From positions 1 through 58,903 of the IMG/VR virus record IMGVR_UViG_3300014913_000511: 58,903 nucleotides of DNA. One strand, 5' to 3'. A model generated the notes under the pieces. That model had not been told where the DNA came from. It searched no databases and saw only the letters and a program-made list of their open reading frames with translations. Shown in pieces: positions 17,795-27,322 of the stretch (its first letter is position 1; every line of letters begins with the position of its first letter). The DNA comes from a virus. Its lineage: Duplodnaviria > Caudoviricetes. The position numbers were made by a program, and so were the translations under genes.

Positions 17795-18295
17795 TTAAAA
17801 GACTACTTCGTCTTTGTCGTCGTCACTGCCAGGCTCTCGGTTCCACTCGCTCCCCGTGTCAAAGTCAACGTCTATCACCTTTTGGATGTACACGTTGGAA
17901 AAATCCCCCTTTGTCTTCTGGTTGACCTCCAAGCAAACCCCAATAAGGTTGGGGAGTCGCTCGTTCATGTCGCGAAGTTTCATGCCACGAACGTCCATCC
18001 CGGTCGCAACCAAGTCCTTTTTGAACCAAACTACGTTATCAGGAGTGATAAGCATGTTACGTTTGAAAATACAAGCGTTTGCATACTTCCCATTCAGGAT
18101 TCGTAGTTGCCAGGACACCATCGGGTTTCCGCTTTTGGAGATAGAAAACTCAGCCTTGTCAACTCTTACTTGATATGTTCCATCTGGAACTTCGCCGAAA
18201 GCATTATTGCCGCCCCCAGCATCGGCGCTAGCAAAAATTTCCTCCAATGCATCCAGGCTCTTGAACGGGTCATTGCTGTCATACTGGTCAATCAT
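17795..18295 (-). CDS. DUF669 family ssDNA-binding protein
   Basis: VPDGTYQVRV..SKSGNPM and an acidic C-terminal tail; typical partner of Sak4. Confidence 0.85.
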   Translation of the reverse strand: MIDQYDSNDPFKSLDALEEIFASADAGGGNNAFGEVPDGTYQVRVDKAEFSISKSGNPMVSWQLRILNGKYANACIFKRNMLITPDNVVWFKKDLVATGMDVRGMKLRDMNERLPNLIGVCLEVNQKTKGDFSNVYIQKVIDVDFDTGSEWNREPGSDDDKDEVVF

Positions 18296-18309
18296 TCTCT
18301 TTGCCTTTC

Positions 18310-19110
18310 TTAAAACTCAGTTTCGCTGTCGTCTTGTAGTTCAGTTTCGTCTTCACCTTCGGCATTTACATCTGTCGAAGATTTTTCCTTTTCCTTTTCT
18401 TCTTTTATTTCCTCATCTGGTTGTATTTGTCCTTTCTCGAAGGCTGCCTTGAAAGCCTCAAAGTTCAATGGCAACACGGGCGGTAGAACGCTAAATCTGT
18501 CGCCTGCATAATAGTTCGGGTGAGGTTTCGTCCTAATGATCCGCTGGAGGCCATTTGCCGTGTTATGAGTGTCGAAAAAAAGGATCATGTCTACAAGGGC
18601 CATAACCACATCTTGGAATTTTTCAGGCATTGTCGTCACTGTCATATGACGCTTGCCGTCTTTCGTCAACACTTCGCGGTATTGGCTGTGGCTAACGAGG
18701 ATTAAACCGTAGGGCAAAGATGCTAATTTCGTCAATGTGCGATGAAGCTCATTGCGTACTAGCCCGTAAATCTTACCAAAGCCTTTATCGGACTCGTGTG
18801 CAACATTCATTTTTTTGCAAAAATGATTGTTGCACAACTTATAAAGGATGTCGATCGTATCTACCACGATCGTAGTGAAATCATGTTCTCCCTTATTAAT
18901 AATAGCGCAAGCGTCAAGAAATTCATCCCAACTTTTAATAGGGATTTGATAGACTTCAAGGGCGTTCAATCCCGGTTCCGTGGCAAGGAAAAGCGCCTTA
19001 TCGAATTTGGCAGCAAAGGAGCTTTTTCCGATTTTTGCTTGTCCATAAATGAGCATTGTGGAATTATCCAAACGCCGACGTGATAGCGTCTTTGTCTCTG
19101 GCAATTTCAT
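18310..19110 (-). CDS. AAA_24 / Sak4-like ATPase recombinase
   Basis: LIYGQAKIGKSS, ATEPG, TIVVDTID, ILVSHS. Confidence 0.9.
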   Translation of the reverse strand: MKLPETKTLSRRRLDNSTMLIYGQAKIGKSSFAAKFDKALFLATEPGLNALEVYQIPIKSWDEFLDACAIINKGEHDFTTIVVDTIDILYKLCNNHFCKKMNVAHESDKGFGKIYGLVRNELHRTLTKLASLPYGLILVSHSQYREVLTKDGKRHMTVTTMPEKFQDVVMALVDMILFFDTHNTANGLQRIIRTKPHPNYYAGDRFSVLPPVLPLNFEAFKAAFEKGQIQPDEEIKEEKEKEKSSTDVNAEGEDETELQDDSETEF

Positions 19111-19553
19111 GTTATTTCTTCTCCGTTGCTTTTTTCTCGCTCTAATCCACCCTTGATCAAAGTAACTGCGGCTTCAGAAACGTTAACGTTCCATTCCTTG
19201 GCCAAAATCTTTATCTTTTTTCTCATATCGCACGGCATCCCTTTAATCAAGAAATTCCTCGGTGTTTGAAGCTTTTTCCTAGCCTGGAAAACTTTAGCAA
19301 TTTCTTTCGCTTTCTCGACAAAGACGCCCCCGTCTTTTATTGACTTTTCGGCGTTGCGAATGCCCTCTTTTTTGTTTTTAGCTTTTAATTGAGAAGCCGT
19401 AAGCATCTCAATCTCCCACGATTCGTCAAGTGCTATCGATCTCAAGACGAATCGAGCTTCCTCTTTATCCTGGTAGGCGGCTATCGCGTGCCACTCGGTT
19501 GTCCTGCGTTCTGGGTTCAGGTCTCTCACTCGGAGATAAAATGTCGGTTTCAT
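19107..19553 (-). CDS. Hypothetical protein with a C-terminal ribbon-helix-helix-like segment
   Basis: NFLIKGMPCDMRKKIKILAKEWNVNVSEAAVTLI pattern. Confidence 0.6.
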   Translation of the reverse strand: MKPTFYLRVRDLNPERRTTEWHAIAAYQDKEEARFVLRSIALDESWEIEMLTASQLKAKNKKEGIRNAEKSIKDGGVFVEKAKEIAKVFQARKKLQTPRNFLIKGMPCDMRKKIKILAKEWNVNVSEAAVTLIKGGLEREKSNGEEIT

Positions 19554-20041
19554 TAGCTTGCCTCCTTTTCATAAGATGCTACGGGGAGTTGCACTCCTCC
19601 TGCGAATTCAAAGAAAAGTTCAAATCCTTCTGTTCGTGCTCCAGAAAAAACTGCCCCTCCTAAATGCGCCCCTCTGAAATTCACCCCTCTCAAATCAGCA
19701 TTGTTGAATTTTGCTCCCTCTAAGTGCATTCTGCTTAAATCTAATCCTCGGAGATTAGCGTTAACGAAAATTGAAAAATAGGCATGATATGTTAATAATA
19801 AATCAACGGTGCGCAAATCGCATCCGCTAAAATCACAGAAAGATAAATTAGTGCCGTAACAGAAAGATGTTTTATTCATAATAGCATCTTTGAAATTTGA
19901 CTCTCGGAGGTCGCAATCGTTAAATATCCACCTTGATATATCACAAGAGTCTAAATCCATATAGTGTTGCAGGTAGAGAAATTCTATGGGTTGCGGCGGT
20001 TTTTTGGGCTTTAGGCACCTTAAATCGAAATGATGAAACAT
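19553..20041 (-). CDS. Pentapeptide repeat protein
   Basis: A(N/D)Lxx repeats. Confidence 0.88.
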   Translation of the reverse strand: MFHHFDLRCLKPKKPPQPIEFLYLQHYMDLDSCDISRWIFNDCDLRESNFKDAIMNKTSFCYGTNLSFCDFSGCDLRTVDLLLTYHAYFSIFVNANLRGLDLSRMHLEGAKFNNADLRGVNFRGAHLGGAVFSGARTEGFELFFEFAGGVQLPVASYEKEAS

Positions 20042-20044
20042 CTT

Positions 20045-20278
20045 TTATTCTCCAATCTTAAAAACCGGCTTGCCGCCTAGGACGTGAACGATGCGGGCCA
20101 GGGTGCGCAGCTTAATGTCGTTTCCCTCTCCCATTCTTCGTGCCAATTCAGTATGATCGATATTTTGCTTTTTCATATAGCGGCAAACCTCTTCGAGTGT
20201 ATCGTCTATAAAACCCGCCTCGGCGAACCTCTCTGCAAACTCCTCGTCCAGGAAATGATGGTCAAATAAAGCCGTCAT
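20045..20278 (-). CDS. XRE/HigA-like HTH protein, apparently internally deleted
   Basis: MKKQNIDHTELARRMG followed directly by LRTLARIVHVLG. Confidence 0.6.
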   Translation of the reverse strand: MTALFDHHFLDEEFAERFAEAGFIDDTLEEVCRYMKKQNIDHTELARRMGEGNDIKLRTLARIVHVLGGKPVFKIGE

Positions 20279-20361
20279 AATAATTAAATCCCTTTTCTTA
20301 GGTAGTAAGAAGTTATGGACGTGTGATGTGGGGGGTTGACCCCCCACATCACTTAAGGCCC

Positions 20362-20538
20362 CTACTGCAAGATCAGCAAAAGCCTTGCGGCAGTTTTGAC
20401 GTGGATTTCACGCCCCGTGCTTAGATTTCGAGCGCGCCAACCCCCATCGCTGCAAGCGCTCAGGATTTTGACCTTCACGCTATTCTCCGAGACCTTAGCG
20501 CGGTAGATATTCCCGATCTTTACGTTTTTCTTAGTCAT
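20362..20538 (-). CDS. Small basic protein (paralog of 1901-2084)
   Basis: 58 aa; purine-rich leader with GGGA. Confidence 0.75.
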   Translation of the reverse strand: MTKKNVKIGNIYRAKVSENSVKVKILSACSDGGWRARNLSTGREIHVKTAARLLLILQ

Positions 20539-20622
20539 TTTCTTTTCCCTTTTGCTTTCTCTTGTTTTCTCTTGTTTGAAATGTGCCAGTTTTAACCGGA
20601 CTGGCAAACCGGGGGGCTTATT

Positions 20623-21291
20623 TTATACTCGTGTCCTATCGAGGTTAGCCCCTTCGAGGTCCGCCCCGTCCAATTTGGCCCAGCGGAGGTCCGCCCCGTC
20701 GAAATTGGCCTTACGAAGGTTGGCTCCTTCGAGGTTAGCACTTGCTACGCTGGCCCCCGTTAGGGTGGCCCCTCGGAGGTTGGCCCCTTTGAGATTGGCC
20801 TCTTGGAGGTCGGTTACGTCCAGGAACGCCCCTAGGAAGTTTGCCTCTTGGAGGTCGGCCCGGAATAGGTCAGCCCCCCGCAGGTCGCCTCCTTCGATGT
20901 CGGCCCCTTTCAGTTTAGCCCCTCGGAGGTTCGCTCCTCGGATCGTCGCGTAGCTAAGACAGGCCCCTTCTAGTTTTGCCTCACAGAGATTGGCTCCGCC
21001 CAACCTGGCATTTCCGAGGTTGGCACCGGTTAGGTCGGCCTCCCCCAAGTCGCACCCAGTCATATTCGCGAAGCGAAGGTCCGATCCCCGCATGTTAGCA
21101 TTACGGAAAGACAATCCTCGGAGGTTGGCCCCCAGGAAATTGACATTCCGGAGGTCGGTTCCCTCGAAGCACACCCGAAGGAGTTTCGTTTCCGACATGT
21201 CCGTTTCGCTAAGGTCTAGCTCGCTAAGGTCCAGCCCCGAAAGATTAGTACTGCGAAGGTCTTGTCCTTGTAGATATTGCAGAAATTCCAT
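20623..21291 (-). CDS. Pentapeptide repeat protein (about 40 repeats)
   Basis: Continuous ANLxG/ADLxx repeats. Confidence 0.95.
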   Translation of the reverse strand: MEFLQYLQGQDLRSTNLSGLDLSELDLSETDMSETKLLRVCFEGTDLRNVNFLGANLRGLSFRNANMRGSDLRFANMTGCDLGEADLTGANLGNARLGGANLCEAKLEGACLSYATIRGANLRGAKLKGADIEGGDLRGADLFRADLQEANFLGAFLDVTDLQEANLKGANLRGATLTGASVASANLEGANLRKANFDGADLRWAKLDGADLEGANLDRTRV

Positions 21292-21565
21292 TTTCTTTGT
21301 CCTTGTCCTTTTGTCTTCGTTTTCGTTTTTCGTCTTGGGCTTTATTGCCCTCTTTCTAAAAATAATAATAACTTCTTCTTTCTGCCTTGTCTACCCTTTT
21401 TTTGAACTATTTTATAACCCCTTAAATTTATTAGTTATTTTCTTTTTCGAGCGCTCCTTAATTCCATCGAAAAAATATCAAAAAATCATCAAGACATGTA
21501 ACTACTAATAACTATTAAGGAAACTGGGAATCTTGCAGCCGTTTTTTTGTATCCTTTATATAGGG
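21292..21565 (-). promoter_or_regulatory. Third copy of the repeated promoter module (TAGACA 21388-21393, TATTAT 21365-21370)
   Basis: Highly similar to 1357-1620. Confidence 0.85.
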
Positions 21566-21599
21566 GGTTTCAATGGAAGCTTTAACCCCCCATTGAAAA

Positions 21600-22592
21600 T
21601 TAGTGAGCGTCCCCGTAATCCTTTAGCAGATAATCGGGATTAATTGACTTGAAAATCACCCGTCCCACTTCTAAACTCTGACGTTCTACCTTCGGCCTGA
21701 TAACGATGCCTTCCCGGATATGTTTAGCACCAGGCATTAATGTTTTGCCCTCTGATAATAATTTCAAATTCTCTGGTTTATATTTTTCCGATATAATTAC
21801 AGGTGGAATTGGCAGTTTTTCTAATTGTGCATATATGAAAAAATCATCCCAATTAAGGTAAGTCCCCTTTCGCTGGATATCAAAGAAAACAGCAGCAGGG
21901 GTTAATGCTCCATACTCTAGTCCTTTTTGAACTTTCTTTCCGTAAATTTCTCCATAAATAGTATCACCAGGCTTGAGCTTTTCGGCAAGGTTATATTTGT
22001 AAAACGCTTGCCAATAAAGGTTGGAAGACGATTCTTTCAGGTTCCTTCGATGCGACCCTACGAGGAAAGTTCCGTCTATATTTGCGGCCCTGAAATTGGT
22101 ACCGTGGATTTTTTCTAGGCAAACAATCGGCTCATTGACGCGAAGAATATCGGGAAAGTTTTTAATATTTTCTATCCTCACATATGTTAAAAAGTCATGG
22201 TGGTCTGGGCAAGAGTCACTGTTTTTGTTAAATGATTGGGGCGGCTCAAATTTCTTTATCCCTAAAATATCCGCAACATCTGTACCTATTGGAGTGTCAT
22301 GAGATATTTCAACATCCCCTACGCCTATCAATAATCCCATTGATATAATTCCTCGCAATTTAGTGGCTCGGACTCGTCCCTTCGATAAATACTGGGTAAC
22401 ACCTAATTTATTTGATAACTCCTCGGGAAGTACAGCATCTACAGGGATGTAAATCGCCTTTTCATTAGCTGCATATTGCCCCTTTTTCACGCAACATGTC
22501 CATTCTCCGACGGTTGCTATTTCTAAGCGGTCGGTGTTTGGAGCATCAGAGATTGCGTCTATTTTCACGACTTTTACGATTAGAGAACTCAT
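21600..22592 (-). CDS. RNA ligase, DRB0094/Rnl5 family (N-terminal OB domain)
   Basis: Motif I EKIHGTN, YGEIYG, EGIVIR, FKSINPDYL; N-terminal DRLEIATVGEW. Confidence 0.92.
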   Translation of the reverse strand: MSSLIVKVVKIDAISDAPNTDRLEIATVGEWTCCVKKGQYAANEKAIYIPVDAVLPEELSNKLGVTQYLSKGRVRATKLRGIISMGLLIGVGDVEISHDTPIGTDVADILGIKKFEPPQSFNKNSDSCPDHHDFLTYVRIENIKNFPDILRVNEPIVCLEKIHGTNFRAANIDGTFLVGSHRRNLKESSSNLYWQAFYKYNLAEKLKPGDTIYGEIYGKKVQKGLEYGALTPAAVFFDIQRKGTYLNWDDFFIYAQLEKLPIPPVIISEKYKPENLKLLSEGKTLMPGAKHIREGIVIRPKVERQSLEVGRVIFKSINPDYLLKDYGDAH

Positions 22593-22596
22593 TGGA

Positions 22597-23067
22597 TTAC
22601 CAATTTTTCACATCCTTCTCTTCGTCTTGGAGCGCCCCGTCCCACTTAACGCCTATAATACAAGCGTTGTCGTCTTTTGCCCCTCTAAGATCAGCGTTTT
22701 TCAAATTCGCCCGATTCAAATCTGCGTCCCTTAAATCGGCCCAGTGTAAATCCGTGCCTTGAAAATTGACCCCTTCGAGATTAGCTCCTCGCAGGTTAGC
22801 TCCTCGCAGATTAGCTCCGTGAAAATCCGTAAAGGCAAAATTCCCGTAGCTTAAATTAGCCCCTCGAAAATCTAAACCCGCGAGTCTTGCCCCGTTTAAC
22901 CAACTCTCTTCGCTGGAATATTTCCCGTCCCTTACGTCTTGGATTAACTGGTACTGATAACGTAAATCGCCAAACCAAAAGTAAATCTTCTTGCGAAGTT
23001 TGTTTAGTTTATCAAGTTTCTTTAAAAGCCGCACCTTCAATATTTGCTCCCTTAAAATGGCACCCAT
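22597..23067 (-). CDS. Pentapeptide repeat protein
   Basis: ANLRG repeats in the C-terminal two-thirds. Confidence 0.9.
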   Translation of the reverse strand: MGAILREQILKVRLLKKLDKLNKLRKKIYFWFGDLRYQYQLIQDVRDGKYSSEESWLNGARLAGLDFRGANLSYGNFAFTDFHGANLRGANLRGANLEGVNFQGTDLHWADLRDADLNRANLKNADLRGAKDDNACIIGVKWDGALQDEEKDVKNW

Positions 23068-24119
23068 TCATCGTTAGCGTTTTCTTTTTCCTCTTCCTTT
23101 CCTTCCTTTCCTTCCTTCGGCTTCAAGCTTAACTCACTGTGTGGCTCCTCCTTCCTGAATAAATTCTCAATCACAATAGAACTTCCTCCCGACTTACATA
23201 TCGGGAAATAATCACAAGGGCGATTGAATTGAAAGCATTGAGAAGTGTTTCGATAAAACTTCCCACGTCTTTGTGCCTCCAAAAAGGCTTGACAAAGCTC
23301 CCAAATTTCTTCGCGGATTACTTGTAGCGAGTGTTTATCTACAAACAGTTCTTCGCGGTGGAATGCTTCCGGCTTATCGTACCACTCGCGCAGTCTATGC
23401 TCAAAATCCTCATCACTCTCAGGCATTTTACGTTTGGCCGTAGTCTTTCCACTTCTTGATTTCGCGATTAACATTTCGCGCCGATCCCGGAACTCTTCCT
23501 CCGTCTCTCCTTTTCCCTGTTTGATTTTAGCCTTAGCCAGGACGTTATAGATAATCCCACTTATCGGTCGCCCTAACTTCTCACCCTCGTAGATGCAATA
23601 TAGTTGCGTTTGAAAATCGACCCATAAGCGTTCAAGGTAGTTAGAGTCTATCGATGAAGCGGTTTTATGCTCCAAAAGATAAAGCTTGCCGTCAATCTCA
23701 ACTACTCCGTCGACTTTCCCGGCGAGGGTAAACGCTTGACTTTTGGCCCCGGTTTCAGGATTAATTATTGGCAGATGGAATTCGTCCTCAGTAGCGATAA
23801 CTGTGAAAATCTCCGACGGATACCGTCGGAGATAGCCTGCCATCATAGCCAGGGCGAGTTGCTTGTGATGCTTTTGATTTTCTTCTGGGTAGCCACTTTC
23901 AATCTCCCGCTCAATAATCGGCCAGGCGTAACCCTCGTCTCTCAGGCTATGCCAAACATCCAAACATTCATGAATGACTCTTCCGAAATTGAGCGTTGGG
24001 TTGACCTGTAGTGGCACAAGATGTTGGTTATATCTGTAGTCGCACGCCTTACGACATTGAAGAAAGCGGTTCCACATGGAGTATGTTGTAATCATTCTGG
24101 TATTTCCTCTTTCACTCAT
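23052..24119 (-). CDS. PD-(D/E)XK (Cas4/RecB-like) exonuclease
   Basis: C...FGRVIHECL, GKVDG..LLEHKT, QTQLY, C-terminal C..C..C cluster. Confidence 0.9.
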   Translation of the reverse strand: MSERGNTRMITTYSMWNRFLQCRKACDYRYNQHLVPLQVNPTLNFGRVIHECLDVWHSLRDEGYAWPIIEREIESGYPEENQKHHKQLALAMMAGYLRRYPSEIFTVIATEDEFHLPIINPETGAKSQAFTLAGKVDGVVEIDGKLYLLEHKTASSIDSNYLERLWVDFQTQLYCIYEGEKLGRPISGIIYNVLAKAKIKQGKGETEEEFRDRREMLIAKSRSGKTTAKRKMPESDEDFEHRLREWYDKPEAFHREELFVDKHSLQVIREEIWELCQAFLEAQRRGKFYRNTSQCFQFNRPCDYFPICKSGGSSIVIENLFRKEEPHSELSLKPKEGKEGKEEEKENANDEWVPF

Positions 24120-24435
24120 GGATATAATAAGCCTTCTGTTTCGATTCTCTGATCAGATGAATCTTGATTTCAAGTCTTCCATTCTTCTCATCTCCCACGA
24201 AGAAGTTTACCAAAACACCACTTGCATGATCGTGCAACTCGCCTTCCAGAAGACAAGCCCACTTTGTCTCTTTTTCAGTTTTGAAAAGCTCACGTAAATA
24301 CTTCAATACGCTTTCTTTTGCGGTGACTGTAAAAATTTGGTGTATTTTACCTTTAGTCCCCCGTGAAATGCTCCATACACCTCCCAGGTTACCAATTTCT
24401 TTACCATCACAAAACATTATTGCCTTTGTTTCCAT
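24112..24435 (-). CDS. Hypothetical protein
   Basis: ORF with strong AGGAGG SD. Confidence 0.75.
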   Translation of the reverse strand: METKAIMFCDGKEIGNLGGVWSISRGTKGKIHQIFTVTAKESVLKYLRELFKTEKETKWACLLEGELHDHASGVLVNFFVGDEKNGRLEIKIHLIRESKQKAYYIHE

Positions 24436-24604
24436 TATCTGCTCCTCCTTGTGAATAACCCGTGGACTAATTATACGTACATGTAATCTTCAGCTTCATC
24501 TCAAACTGTCCTTCTAGCGTGAGAGATATTGTTCCCACTTTCAATACTCTATTTTTATCATTTCTTCTCCCATGTCCCATGTCCCATGTTCAAAAAATAA
24601 AGGT

Positions 24605-24633
24605 ATTATGCCAGCTTTTTTAATTGAAGTCAA
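24605..24633 (-). promoter_or_regulatory. Sigma70 promoter TTGACT-17-CATAAT heading the recombination operon
   Basis: Consensus match and spacing. Confidence 0.7.
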
Positions 24634-24634
24634 T

Positions 24635-24675
24635 AAAAAAACGCCCAAGACTTAAAAAAGTTCAGGGCGTTTTTT
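24635..24675 (-). terminator. Intrinsic terminator ending the late operon
   Basis: AAAAAACGCCC...GGGCGTTTTTT. Confidence 0.7.
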
Positions 24676-24704
24676 CGCGCATTTGTGAGGGGTTTTTTAA
24701 TGCA

Positions 24705-24887
24705 TTAGTGATTATCCAAACGCTCCATTTGCTTTGCAAGCCGCTTTTCCGAATCCTCGATTAGCTTAACAAGTTCAGCCTCTTCCAATTCGGCAATCTC
24801 AACCGCCGACTGAAACAGCCCAAACAAAGTAATTCCAGCCCTCACGGCAAGGTCGATTAAAGCCACTGTTGTTGACGAAATAGCCAT
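24705..24887 (-). CDS. Small protein, possibly lysis-associated
   Basis: ORF with GAGGGGG SD; amphipathic and coiled-coil character. Confidence 0.6.
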   Translation of the reverse strand: MAISSTTVALIDLAVRAGITLFGLFQSAVEIAELEEAELVKLIEDSEKRLAKQMERLDNH

Positions 24888-24888
24888 G

Positions 24889-25287
24889 TCATGCCCCCTC
24901 TAAAATTTTAGCGTTTATCAGTTCGGCTTGCAATTCGAGCCATATTCTGTGGTAGTTTTTTTGGGCCTCGATTCCGTCGTTACTCTCTAGGGCCAATTTC
25001 CAAATTATCAAGGCCCGACGCGCTCTCTTAATCTTGGGGTCGATTAATTCACGCCAACGGTTTTGAACTTCCATGGGCATTTTGTCGAACGTGTCGTTGT
25101 AAACCTCTAGTGTATTTGTGAAAATCGTCAAGGCTATCGCGTAGGCTTTTTCGTTGTTGACGTTAGGGGTTAAAACAGAACACTGCGAAAGGGATAGGGC
25201 TAATAGGGCAATCATACTAGCCACGATACAAGTACTTTTTATATCGGTTTGCTCAATTTCAAATCGGACCTGGCTCGTATTGTCCAT
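24889..25287 (-). CDS. Putative lipoprotein (possible spanin-like lysis accessory)
   Basis: Hydrophobic stretch ending in LSLSQC, lipobox-like. Confidence 0.6.
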   Translation of the reverse strand: MDNTSQVRFEIEQTDIKSTCIVASMIALLALSLSQCSVLTPNVNNEKAYAIALTIFTNTLEVYNDTFDKMPMEVQNRWRELIDPKIKRARRALIIWKLALESNDGIEAQKNYHRIWLELQAELINAKILEGA

Positions 25288-25368
25288 GATTGAATCTCCT
25301 TTTGTTGTTTTATCCGTAACTACCCATTGGAAGTAGCCCCGCGGCCATTATATTTACTAAAAACGTGG

Positions 25369-25779
25369 TTACTCATTCATCATATCACATTCTTCTGCAT
25401 ACCTCTTCGCCTCTTCTTCGCTCTTATGCCAATTAGTACCTATCGAACAGACGTATTTACATATTCGTAAATTCTGGGCGTCCAATTCTTTAGTAGTTTT
25501 TTCTTTATAGCCACGCTTGCCACGTAATGCTTTCACCCTAGCCTCCTCCCATTCGATAGCACGGCGCATTATGCCCATGGCATGATTTTCGATTGCATTA
25601 GATTTATGCATCATATTTTCAGATAGGATGTTATGGTAAGACAACATTGAATCTACAGCATATTCATCGGCGGAAATTTCTTTCCGCCTGACATTCATGC
25701 GCATTGTATCCCACGCAGCGCTCCATTTTAGGGCGCGCTCGATAACGAGGTTTACTTGACTCGTATTGTCCACATTCAT
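25369..25779 (-). CDS. Hypothetical protein
   Basis: ORF with AAGGAG SD. Confidence 0.7.
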   Translation of the reverse strand: MNVDNTSQVNLVIERALKWSAAWDTMRMNVRRKEISADEYAVDSMLSYHNILSENMMHKSNAIENHAMGIMRRAIEWEEARVKALRGKRGYKEKTTKELDAQNLRICKYVCSIGTNWHKSEEEAKRYAEECDMMNE

Positions 25780-25812
25780 GTTTCATATCTCCTTAGAGTA
25801 AAACAAGCAATT

Positions 25813-26718
25813 TCAAAACATAGATTGCTGTTTTTCCTTATTTCCGAGCATCTCCAGCGCTCGTGGGTTTTGCCAGACGATTTCCGTCCGAGATGTGTGT
25901 TTTAGAGCAGCGCCTTTGCCTTGAAGTTTTGACACACGCACACGCCCGGCGGCATGACAAGCGGTTTGAAATTCAGTCCTGACCCAGCCCGCATCGTCCA
26001 TGCGCGAATAAATCGGCGTGTCATAACCTGAAATGACAACTGCCCCGTTAAGGGTTAAGAGTAAGTCGACCAATTTTTCGTGGTGGGTATCGTCCTGTTC
26101 GTGTGCGTAAATATTACAGTGTCCTTTACTTCTCGTCCTGTGAAGATACGGCGGGTCGCAGTAGAAAACTGTTTTTTTACTATCCCAATATTTAAGTACA
26201 GTCAACGCGTCCCGCCCGTCAATTTGCACGTGCTCGATCCTCTCACGCCATCGTGGAAAAAGAGATTGTCGCATTTGCCACGAGTTGACAGTATCGGCGT
26301 GCCCTCTTTTTGAACTAAATGCCCGACTCCAATTCCCTTGCGTTTTTGCTTTCCCTGAAAACCCCTGATTTTGTGCTACGAAAAACGCCCAGGCTTTTTC
26401 AATCGGGCATTCCGTCGAACTTTTCAGAATTTCAATTGCCCTTCCAAACTCCGAGTAAGAATAAAGAGTAGCCTTAATTCTTCTTTCCAGTTCCACCGAT
26501 TGATTTATATCTTGCAACACTCGATATAAATTAATTAACCTATCATCAAGATCATTATAGATCTCAACAGGCGACGGCTCACGATCCAGCAACACGCTTC
26601 CCGCACCTCCGTATGGCTCAACGTATAGTTGATTATAGGGAATTAAGGGGCGCAATTTAGCAAGCATATTCCCCTTTCCGCCATACCATTGAACCGGAGC
26701 GTTTAAGCGATTACTCAT
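25813..26718 (-). CDS. DNA adenine methyltransferase (D12/Dam family)
   Basis: WYGGKG, YVEPYGGAGSV, NDLD, YCDPPY. Confidence 0.95.
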   Translation of the reverse strand: MSNRLNAPVQWYGGKGNMLAKLRPLIPYNQLYVEPYGGAGSVLLDREPSPVEIYNDLDDRLINLYRVLQDINQSVELERRIKATLYSYSEFGRAIEILKSSTECPIEKAWAFFVAQNQGFSGKAKTQGNWSRAFSSKRGHADTVNSWQMRQSLFPRWRERIEHVQIDGRDALTVLKYWDSKKTVFYCDPPYLHRTRSKGHCNIYAHEQDDTHHEKLVDLLLTLNGAVVISGYDTPIYSRMDDAGWVRTEFQTACHAAGRVRVSKLQGKGAALKHTSRTEIVWQNPRALEMLGNKEKQQSMF

Positions 26719-26909
26719 TCTTTATTGTCAGTATTTATCCCCTCGTTCTCCGGCGCTCTAATTTTCACAAGACACGCCCCTGCAATCACGTTCAACTCGG
26801 GCACCTCTAGGTATTTCGCGGCACAATAAACGCCCACCGCAAAAAGGATGTAAATCCAGTTGTCAATTTGACTGATTACTTGATTCCATTGCTTATTCAT
26901 TATTTCCAA
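26715..26909 (-). CDS. Holin-like small membrane protein
   Basis: Two short hydrophobic helices, after the tail genes. Confidence 0.5.
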   Translation of the reverse strand: MEIMNKQWNQVISQIDNWIYILFAVGVYCAAKYLEVPELNVIAGACLVKIRAPENEGINTDNKE

Positions 26910-27322
26910 TCCTCCATTTTCTCAAGTGGATTCCCATTATGCAACCGTTTTTCCCATTTGTCGAACTTCTCTTCGAGTCTGCACGACACCAAGTCTGGAA
27001 TTTTCGCGACCTCGACTTCTAACGTCTGTAAGCGTCGAAAAATATCTCCATGAGCTTTTTCGTTACTCACTAAGGACGCCTCTTGAGTTCTCACAATAGC
27101 CTCAAGTGAAGCAATCGTCGATATGATTTGCGTTTCACGGTTTTGCTGTTTTACAATTAGCTCTGAAGCCGCTATCAAGCGCCCTTCGTAATCCTCCAAA
27201 GTCCGCTTTGCCTCCCCTAATATTTTCCCAATTTTGAACAGGACGACAGACGCGGTTATCGTAACGCTGACGAGTAGCGCAATGACATTTGTCAGATTAC
27301 TAATCCAATCGGCACTGCTCAT
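26900..27322 (-). CDS. Membrane-anchored coiled-coil protein (holin/antiholin-like)
   Basis: N-terminal transmembrane helix followed by coiled coil. Confidence 0.55.
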   Translation of the reverse strand: MSSADWISNLTNVIALLVSVTITASVVLFKIGKILGEAKRTLEDYEGRLIAASELIVKQQNRETQIISTIASLEAIVRTQEASLVSNEKAHGDIFRRLQTLEVEVAKIPDLVSCRLEEKFDKWEKRLHNGNPLEKMEDWK

